Assembly: GCA_043228905.1 (NCBI GenBank)
Contig: JBHGNT010001446.1
Span: 1 to 8,370, forward strand
DNA length: 8,370 nucleotides
Direction: 5' to 3'
Origin: Azolla caroliniana
Lineage: Eukaryota > Plantae > Polypodiophyta
Shown here: piece by piece, positions 1 through 6,366 of the stretch
Layout of the letters: every line of letters starts with the position of its first letter
How positions within the stretch are numbered: position 1 is the stretch's first letter
Notes under the pieces: model-generated
What the model was told of the DNA's origin: nothing
The model's input: only the letters and a program-made list of their open reading frames with translations
Database searches by the model: none
Position numbers and translations under genes: made by a program

Positions 1-2
1 AT

Positions 3-205
3 CTTGCTGATGGTGATGATGATTCCGTGACCACCCAAATATTAAATAATGCTGCTGCTCTTGCCATTACCGAAATGGAAATGGAAATGGAGAAGGAGAA
101 GGAGAAGGAGCAGCAGCGGAAATCCATGCCTGTTCGTCAATACCTGGAATCCACTACTGTGCTCTCTCTTCTCCTCAAAGCCCTGCAGAAGCTTGTCCTT
201 CAAAG
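3..205 (+). CDS. DPY30: Dpy-30 motif protein, penultimate coding exon (5'-partial; frame open to the window edge)
   Basis: Frame +3 reads LADGDDDSVTTQ...KSMPVRQYLESTTVLSLLLKALQKLVLQ(R), resembling the first half of the Dpy-30 motif (human DPY30 as recalled: [26 protein letters not shown]). It ends at the donor AAAG|GTATTC (205/206). An alternative start at ATG 75 cannot be excluded. Confidence 0.85.
72..110 (+). repeat. Coding hexanucleotide repeats (GAAATG)3 and (GAGAAG)3 encoding EMEMEMEKEKEKE
   Basis: Seen directly in the sequence. Confidence 0.85.
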
Positions 206-412
206 GTATTCAACCAAAACGATTTTTAATTACGCAAAACCTTGGTACCAGGATACACCTCCTGTAAATAAATAAAGAAGAAAGAAGAATTCTATCCATG
301 TTCCTTAAAAAAAGACTATGGAAACCCTAGACCAAAAACACGAAGAAGCCACACCTCTTTTCTTTTCTTTTCTTCTATGCTCATAACAATCTGGTTGTGT
401 CATGATGCGCAG
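206..412 (+). other. Spliceosomal GT-AG intron (207 bp, phase 2) in the Dpy-30-like gene
   Basis: GT at 206-207, pyrimidine tract at about 355-376, CAG acceptor at 410-412. Splicing joins AG|G into Arg and restores the continuous motif LVLQR-PSDPVEFL. Confidence 0.85.
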
Positions 413-515
413 GCCATCTGATCCTGTGGAGTTTCTGGTCTCCTTTCTATCAGAGAATAACCCACGCACTATAATGAAAAGAAATGAAGCAGACACTACC
501 TCCTGTAACGGATGA
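413..515 (+). CDS. DPY30: Dpy-30 motif protein, last coding exon
   Basis: Reads (R)PSDPVEFLVSFLSENNPRTIMKRNEADTTSCNG* with TGA at 513-515. Resembles the second half of the Dpy-30 motif (RPPNPIEFLASYLLKN). Confidence 0.85.
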
Positions 516-727
516 TCCATTTATCCATCGCTACTATTTTGACATTACATCTTTGTGAGAAGAAGTTGTTACACTACTACTCGAAAACTCTAAAATCTCC
601 AAAAAAGAAGAAGAAGGAAGGTTTGATCTTTCTTTCCTTTTTATTTCTTATACAGAATTCATTTATTCATTCATTCATTATTTTATTTTATGATGGTGGG
701 TGGATTCTGTCTTATAAAATAAAATCC

Positions 728-730
<3 letters not shown>

Positions 731-763
<33 letters not shown>
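731..763. repeat. (CT)n microsatellite
   Basis: About 16 CT units seen directly. Confidence 0.98.
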
Positions 764-766
<3 letters not shown>

Positions 767-780
767 CTCCAACAACATGA

Positions 781-800
781 ACATACATACATACATACAT
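781..800. repeat. (ACAT)5 microsatellite
   Basis: acatacatacatacatacat. Confidence 0.97.
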
Positions 801-889
801 ATGTATATCCATGTGTCCATGTAACACCCTTTTTGCTCATTGCGAGGCAACGACGGATGAACGGAGAAGGAAGGAACGGAAAGAAGTGT

Positions 890-891
<2 letters not shown>

Positions 892-935
<44 letters not shown>
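892..935. repeat. (AG)n microsatellite
   Basis: About 22 AG units seen directly. Confidence 0.98.
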
Positions 936-939
<4 letters not shown>

Positions 940-952
940 CATCATCTGAACT

Positions 953-974
953 CTCCCTCCCTCCCTCCCTCCCT
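953..974. repeat. (CCCT)n microsatellite
   Basis: About 5 units seen directly. Confidence 0.93.
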
Positions 975-1031
975 CTGAAGGAAGCGGAGAAGAGTTCCAT
1001 TCCATTCCATGCTCTATGGGACCACCACCCC

Positions 1032-1059
1032 ATGTATGTATGTATGTATGTATGTATGT
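1032..1059. repeat. (ATGT)7 microsatellite
   Basis: Seen directly; it is the reverse-complement class of the repeat at 781-800. Confidence 0.97.
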
Positions 1060-1597
1060 TGATCCTTTGCAGTTTGGACACCTACACCTTTACCTTTTGA
1101 TCTGTCTAGGACATCCATGGCACAAAACAAAATCATCCCTAGTTCCACATTTTACATGGCAAACTTGGACTACTCCAAAATGAAGCATAGTATGTATGTA
1201 GTAAGTAAATGTTTTGAACCTATGTATTCTCAAATCATAAGTTTTTCCTTTGTGACCTCCCCATGTGAAAGAGAATTCTTTGTTTTTCATGTTCAAAGCT
1301 TAATTTCATGGTTCACCCATGCAAACAACAATGATGTAGATTTTGATTCTATTAGACGCAATATTCGAATTCTTCAAATTTGTACAAGAGCGTTGATGTG
1401 GATGTGCTTTTAAGTCTAGAGGATGGATTGTCAATGTCACTTTGAATTGAATTTTGAGAGATAGTAAAGGGGTACTTTCGAACTTTCCTATTTATGTATC
1501 AATTCCTCACGTTAGACTTAAGAATATCATTGCAAGGCTCATTTTTGGTCCATTTAAAAATAAGTGCAAAGGAAGTTTCTAATTATGTGGAAAGGGA

Positions 1598-1902
1598 TGT
1601 ACATGTAAGGCTATTAGTAAAAAGCCGATGTATGTTTTACCCCCTCTTCTTTATTGAAGTAGCTTTGTAATAGCCTTCAGCGTGAAGATGTGAAGAGAGA
1701 ACATCAATGTTATAGTTCACCGTGAAGATGTAATTAAATATGAGTGCACTAGGTAAAATTCCTTAGTCAATCGGCAGGGCATACTCATCGAATTAATCCA
1801 AATTTCACTACATGACTCATTCTTGATTTGTCCATCCATGACCCAAACCACATCGAAGGCGAACACTATGGGCAATTCCTTATGTACATACAACAATATA
1901 CA
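1598..1902 (-). mobile_element. Putative 3' LTR of a decayed minus-strand Ty1/copia element (element A); left boundary uncertain
   Basis: On the minus strand it starts TGTATA immediately after a purine tract that follows the RNase H end. It has AATAAA at 1655-1650 and a candidate end TGTACA at 1603-1598, an imperfect terminal inverted repeat. No second LTR copy is present to confirm it. Confidence 0.45.
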
Positions 1903-1919
1903 TTTCCCATTTCCCATCT
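1903..1919 (-). other. Putative polypurine tract of element A
   Basis: Minus strand AGATGGGAAATGGGAAA lies between the pol stop and the TG. Confidence 0.45.
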
Positions 1920-1938
1920 AATGAGCATGTTTCAAATA

Positions 1939-2199
1939 TTAGAAAATAAACAAGTCAATAATCCACATTAATCCACAAGAATGGCGGAAGTAGGTCACAA
2001 TAGAGCCTTTATTAGACATGTTGAATGTTGTTTCTCATATGCACCTTCTATAGACTAATTTGGTTCTTCTCTTGGCAATCTCAAATGAGGTGATGTATTT
2101 TGATATGTTTCATCTTCATATGAAAACCACGTTTTAAAAAAATGTGATCATTATTTAGTTATTTGAATTGAGGATTGTGCTTTTTCTCATGAGCATACA
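1939..2199 (-). pseudogene. pol: Ty1/copia pol C-terminus (RNase H), heavily decayed (element A)
   Basis: Manual minus-strand translation across frameshifts gives STILNSNN*IMITFF*NVV / FHMKMKHIKIHHLI*DCQEKNQISL*KVHMRNNI / NMSNKGSIVTYFRHSCGLMWIID. This is collinear with the copia RNase H consensus PT.LY.DNQSAI.LAKNPVFH.RTKHIDIRYHFIRD......I.L.KV.T..N.AD.LTK.L...KF...C..MG. Confidence 0.72.
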
Positions 2200-2209
2200 A
2201 AATGTCATA

Positions 2210-2305
2210 AGTTTTGGGTGACTAGAAGTCATGCATGACCTAGATGTAAACCCAAACAAGAAATGCTATAGTTTTGGGTGACTAGATGTCATGTATGACC
2301 TAGAT
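2210..2305. repeat. Imperfect direct repeat (about 36-bp unit, 60-bp period) with palindromic core
   Basis: AGTTTTGGGTGACTAGAAGTCATGCATGACCTAGAT (2210-2245) versus AGTTTTGGGTGACTAGATGTCATGTATGACCTAGAT (2270-2305), two mismatches. Confidence 0.92.
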
Positions 2306-2311
2306 ATATGG

Positions 2312-2870
2312 TTGGCGGTGCAATACGGCAAGACCAAGCCTGACAAGATCGATACATCGACTTGGGAAGTCATACATTTGAAGGCAGTGGCATACATAAG
2401 GTGTTTTATAGACATGAGTCTATACAACAACTTCAACCAAGAGACAGATGTTGAAGTCCTCTAGAAGAAGATCGGGTTTCATGTTCGAGAACAAGAACGT
2501 CGCAAATAAAGTCTCAGTCTTCACAAAGATAGTGAGAGCACCTAAACGCCTGCCAAGGACTAATCAATCAGGCAACCTCTCTAGAAGTACCTCTTGCCAA
2601 CGAGGTATTGGCGCTATTGCTACTAGGATCACTTCCAGATAGCTATCTTTCTCATTGGATAACGCCGGACTGGAAGGGAAATATTTATCCCTAGAGACGG
2701 TGAAGTCGAGCTTATTGAATGAAGAAGCTCGCTGGAAGGACAGAGAGTCCAATGCCGACCCAAAGGCCTTAGTCACAAAAGGTGACATGAACCGAGGAAG
2801 AGGATGAAATAGAAGTCCCTTGAACCCGGACAAGTCCAGACTAAGGTCAGGTCGAAGGGAAGGCTCACGT
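2312..2870 (+). pseudogene. gag: Ty1/copia gag fragment, Tnt1/Tork-like (Retrotran_gag_2/UBN2 region), decayed (element B)
   Basis: Across frameshifts: LAVQYGKTKPDKIDTSTWEVIHLKAVAYIRCFIDMSLYNNFNQETDVEVL*KKIG / MFENKNVANKVSVFTKIVR / EHLNACQGLINQATSLEVPLANEVLALLLLGSLPDSY / SLDNAGLEGKYLSLETVKSSLLNEEARWKD...KALVTKGDMNRGRG. The motifs HLN.FQG.INQ, ALLLLGSLPDSW and VKSSLLNEE are typical of this gag. TAG at 2462-2464 replaces the Trp of LWKK. Confidence 0.88.
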
Positions 2871-2894
2871 TATCCTAAAGATTTTTAGCAATGG

Positions 2895-3545
2895 TGTGAA
2901 AATCACGTGGAAAGGAGAAAACCTAGACGATGCAATGTGCACATGCATGAAAGGGGGGATGGTTACACTTGTATATTATCACATTAATGTGCACATGGGT
3001 TTTGAATCTTACACGGCCAAGATGGGAGACAATTAACATACCATTAGGCTAAGTTGTTTCTTTGAAGTTTATTTTCATCATTGTACTTTTCACATGTAAA
3101 TTCTCATACATGAGAGCTTGGATGAGTGACATGGTCATCATGTATCACATGTGATACATGAACGCCAAATGGCAAACATACATTGCGTGCATTTCATGCA
3201 CTCCATGCATTGTATGCATGTCTTGTACCCTCACATGCATCATATGCATGGGGGTATCTATAAAGGAAAAAACTGAAAAAAGATGGGAGGTAAGCTATGC
3301 ATGGGGACATCTTATTGGTGATGTAGCTTGTCTCTCAAAATTGAAGTCAAGGGTTCAACTGCAATCTCTCTCTCTCTCTCTCAATCTGTCTCCAAATTGG
3401 AATCTCTGTCTCTCAATCTTTCTCTCTCTCTCTCTCTCTCTCTTAAATACTTTCTTGCTAAAGCTAGTACAAACTTCGAATCCTTCCGGTCTAGGACCCC
3501 GGTGGTCCTGCTTCATTTAACGAACACGCGAGGATTTCCTCGACA
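2895..3545 (+). mobile_element. 5' LTR of a Ty3/gypsy-type element (element C); left boundary uncertain (2870-2897)
   Basis: Non-coding block ending CCTCGACA at 3545, 7 nt before a PBS and gag. Candidate TATA (TATAAA 3259-3264) and CT-rich R/U5. Confidence 0.65.
3365..3443. repeat. Compound (CT)n microsatellite inside the element C LTR
   Basis: Two (TC)n runs at about 3365-3382 and 3421-3443, with a repeated TCTCTCAATCT motif. Confidence 0.9.
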
Positions 3546-3552
3546 TCTTTCT

Positions 3553-3570
3553 TGGTGAACCCAACATGAA
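3553..3570 (+). other. Primer binding site complementary to the tRNA-Trp 3' end (element C)
   Basis: TGGTGAACCCAACATGAA versus TGGTGAACCCGACGTGAA, the reverse complement of the plant cytosolic tRNA-Trp 3' end as recalled. Match is 16/18 and both mismatches are CpG to CpA. Confidence 0.8.
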
Positions 3571-3615
3571 GAAGAGGTAGGAAAGATCAACACGAAGATC
3601 GATCGATACTTGGAG

Positions 3616-4416
3616 ATGGCATCCTCAAGCAATCAAGCGGGAAAGGATGAATGTAATCGTCGAACAAATGATGAGAGCTCAGGACAACGATGCAAGCATG
3701 TAGAATGTTGTCGACCGTGTCGTGGAGATCGAGGATCAATTTGAAGAACATTACGATGTTCCTTGATGCATACAAAAGGGAGATGAATCAGAGGGATGTG
3801 TCTGAAGCACGTCAAATCTCCAGTTTCAAGAGAGTTGTTGCCAACAACGTCCAAAGGCGGGTCATCGAGCTTCAAGAAGGGAAGACAACATGGTCTGAGT
3901 TTGAGAAAGCATTATTAGCGGAGTTCGCGACGGAAGATTTGTCGAGGATGACATGTCTTGATGAAGTTGATTGAGAAGAAAAATAAGAAGATGAGCACCT
4001 CGAGGGTATACGGCGAGTTTGACTAGATGTTTAATCGTCTCCCCGCTACGGACCAAGTGTTGCTTGAGGAGGACAAGACATTGTATTTCTTGAAGTTGTG
4101 GATATGAAGGATAGAGGAGAATTGGGGAGTCTCCTCGAAGATGATACCCAAGAGAACATGCTTGTGGTAGACTGGATTGCGATGAACCGAGTGTGCAACA
4201 GGCTCGACAAGCATCGTCAATGGGTTGATGACACTGACTTGGCAGGATTTAGTGGGGAGAAAATGAGACAACCAAAAGTGCTTGAGCCGTCCAAACAAAG
4301 CAACCCGGAAGAAAAGAAGATTGATGACATCATTGAAGAACTAGCGAAGAAGTTTGAGACGGTCACATTAGCGAATGTTGGCCGGCAAGGCAAAAAGGGC
4401 CGGTTAGAGTCCAGAA
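3616..4416 (+). pseudogene. gag: Gag-like protein of gypsy-type element C, frameshifted and truncated by the next LTR
   Basis: Lies directly after the LTR and PBS. Segments are KNITMFLDAYKREMNQRDVSEARQISSFKRVV...TTWSEFEKALLAEFATED / LIEKKNKKMSTSRVYGEFD*MFNRLPATDQVLLEEDKTLYFLK / DMKDRGELGSLLEDDT...DWIAMNRVC. W..FEKAL..EF is a retrotransposon capsid-like motif. Resemblance to gags of bryophyte or fern non-chromovirus gypsy elements is from recollection only. Confidence 0.75.
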
Positions 4417-4849
4417 TGTAAAAGGGGTATTTAATTAGGAATAGGGAGTTGAAATTAATAAGTATTATGCTATTTTGAGAAGCGGACGGACGAACCCAGA
4501 ATCGGTATGCCGATTCGGATCCGGGCCGGATCATTGCCGGTTGCCGGTTAGCACCGGTTTGTAACTCAGTCGGAGACCTATAAAAGGACCCGGCAAGAAT
4601 GTAATCAACGACGGATAATTAATAGAAGTGTTGTTATTTTGCATATGATTAAGTGTCTATTTGATTACTGTTCTGAGCTTAAGTTAATTCATCTTACGCG
4701 TGTATTACGATCATTAATCGTATGGGTTAGTAACTTGTTAAGACCCGTTCGCTATCACAGTCCATCCATATCTCCCCATACTACCCTATGGTGAAGTGTT
4801 CCATAGGGACACCCTGTGTTAGGGCTTATCCAGCCTAAGGGATAACACA
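4417..4849 (+). mobile_element. 5' LTR (about 433 bp) of Ty3/gypsy element D
   Basis: Starts TGTAAAAGG exactly where gag C stops and ends ATAACACA. TATAAAA at 4579-4585. Followed by an ATTTT spacer and a PBS. Confidence 0.78.
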
Positions 4850-4854
4850 ATTTT

Positions 4855-4866
4855 TGGCGACCACGA
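4855..4866 (+). other. Primer binding site, tRNA-Arg type (element D)
   Basis: TGGCGACCAC(GA) is complementary to a tRNA-Arg(TCG)-type 3' end ...GTGGTCGCCA. Arg primers with a T-rich spacer are known for the Athila/Tat/Ogre branch of non-chromoviruses. Confidence 0.7.
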
Positions 4867-4899
4867 TTCCTACCGTGAGCACAGAACACCGAGGGATGG

Positions 4900-5618
4900 A
4901 TGTCTCGACCGACTAACGACCCAGTCACCAAACGAGGAGAAGACTTGCCGAAAGACAAGAAAGGTAGGCAACCTTCCAACAAGCGGCCGAGGAGATCCAA
5001 CAGGATCGGTCTTTTCCAAGGGTGCTTCGGAGGGTCGCGGAAGACGCACTTCGATTCCAAAAAAATGAATTTTCCAACGAGGGCAGTAGTCTGATGAGCC
5101 TGCAAGAGGTAGAAGCGCAACTGCGGAGGCTTGCCGAAGGCAACGAAGACTCAGAGGCATTCTTGACCTTAGAGTCGGAATCAGATAGTGAACAAAGTGT
5201 TTAGTCGAATTACAAAAGCAACCACGATACACCGGACAATCCGGAGAACGACGAATCGGGCGGCTCATCAACACCAACCACGGAGACATCGGAAAGCCGT
5301 GCACCAACACCACCCGTAGAGCAAGAACTAAACCACACATCTCCGGTACAACCTCTTGAAGACTACACCATGTCGTACCCGTATCCAAAGTACCGTAATG
5401 ACCCTGACACAGAGGCGCATGTCTATGCGTTTCTACAAACATGGGAAGCGAACCATGTATCCCAAAGGCTGACCGAACCAGAAGCTGAACGGTCAAAAAT
5501 TGCGGGATTAGAGGGACCGGCGGCCCGCTAGCACACAAAGCACCTACCCAGAAGCTTTGTCACATTTGAGGCCTTGAAAACAAAATTCCTCCGACTATTC
5601 CATAGTCAAGTGGAACAA
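4900..5618 (+). pseudogene. gag: Ty3/gypsy gag (Retrotrans_gag domain) of element D, truncated
   Basis: ATG at 4900, a frameshift near 4980 into frame +3, and stops at 5202 and 5529. From 5370 it reads MSYPYPKYRNDPDTEAHVYAFLQTWEANHV...KIAGLEGPAAR*HTKHLPRSFVTFEALKTKFLRLFH, matching the L.G.A..W...TF..LK..FL..F signature with Trp mutated to TAG. Confidence 0.82.
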
Positions 5619-5859
5619 TGCTATCGTGTGAATCTTCACACACTACGTAAAAAAATAATGAAATAATTATTATAGATTAGATTAGTAGCTTACTATAGAA
5701 AGATGGATATACTCAAGAGCTTCAAAACGTATTTTACTTTATACAAAATGGAGAAATACATATCAAGTTATGTGAAAATAAAGTTTGAGAAGATAGGGAA
5801 ATTAGAACTATCCCACATAGATAGGAAACTTAAGGCCCTGGCTATATAAGCACCTTGAG
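5619..5859 (-). mobile_element. Probable R-U5 portion of a minus-strand LTR (element E), interrupted by element F
   Basis: There is an abrupt GC-to-AT switch beginning with TG at 5619 in the middle of gag D. Read on the minus strand it shows a TATA-like TTATATAG (5849-5842), a pyrimidine-rich stretch, a T-rich end and terminal GATAGCA. No coding evidence. Confidence 0.45.
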
Positions 5860-6294
5860 TGTTGAGAGACAAGCTCAACATCGGCCGGATCGGCTGAAGA
5901 AGCCGAGGACCGGATCGGTTGGGACCGATCGGTTAGGCCGAATGCGTAAACCGATGCGTAGGTAGGGCCGGATCGGTGCGTAAACCGGGAGGCAGTTAGG
6001 AAAGATATTCCATGAGGAATATATTTGGGAGTTAGTGTAGGAGCTCTTAGTGAGCATTGAAGTACTGTCAGTACTTCGGTCAATCCTTCTAGGACTTGTA
6101 TAAAAGTTTTCATTGAACACACATATGTATAGAGAATGGTGAATAGAGTTTTTTGAATAAAGTTCTTGTGTTTTCTGTCTATCACTCTCTCTGTCTATCC
6201 CGCGTATACTGCGTAAGCTCAAGCTCTCCATTAAACCTGAGTTTTCTTCCTTCTGTTCGATCTTCATACTTGCTTCCGCACGTTACTCTTTACA
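5860..6294 (+). mobile_element. 5' LTR (about 435 bp) of Ty1/copia element F
   Basis: Starts TGTTGAG and ends TTTACA abutting the PBS (the true end could be 6292). GC-rich U3, TATAAAA at 6099-6105, AATAAA at 6156-6161, T/C-rich U5. Confidence 0.82.
6099..6105 (+). promoter_or_regulatory. Candidate TATA box of the element F LTR
   Basis: TATAAAA in mid-LTR, about 50 bp upstream of AATAAA. Confidence 0.55.
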
Positions 6295-6305
6295 TGGTAT
6301 CAGAG
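6295..6305 (+). other. Primer binding site for initiator tRNA-Met (element F)
   Basis: TGGTATCAGAG, the canonical plant iMet PBS (TGGTATCAGAGC) with the twelfth base changed from C to T. Confidence 0.95.
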
Positions 6306-6366
6306 TGCGAGGGTTGAGAACCTCTCTGCAGCCGACACACCTTGACGAAGAAGAACAAGAAGAACG

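Noticed and set aside
27-275. 82-aa ORF as a complete gene
   Set aside because: It starts at a GTG in a frame open to the window edge and runs into the intron after 205. The spliced model explains the motif better.
946-998. Possible miRNA precursor hairpin (GAACTCT...AGAGTTC)
   Set aside because: The stem is short and made largely of CCCT repeat, and I recognise no conserved mature miRNA in it.
512-1100. ORFs with SLSLSL, ERERER or YIHT runs on both strands
   Set aside because: These are translations of microsatellites with no domain content.
1681-1731. 11-bp direct repeat CGTGAAGATGT at 1681 and 1721
   Set aside because: It is real but short, and ordinary for an LTR interior.
2210-2305. 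CRISPR-like repeat-spacer-repeat (36-bp palindromic repeat, 24-bp spacer)
   Set aside because: There are only two copies, no cas genes, and the context is clearly eukaryotic (spliceosomal intron, plant LTR elements).
3158-3558. Cys-rich 120-aa ORF (CISCTPCIVCMSC) as a metal-binding protein
   Set aside because: It arises from TGCATG repeats and (CT)n within LTR C.
4870-5538. 222-aa minus-strand ORF as an extra antisense ORF of a Tat/Ogre-like element
   Set aside because: It lies entirely opposite gag D and has no recognisable features. It cannot be supported without conservation across copies.
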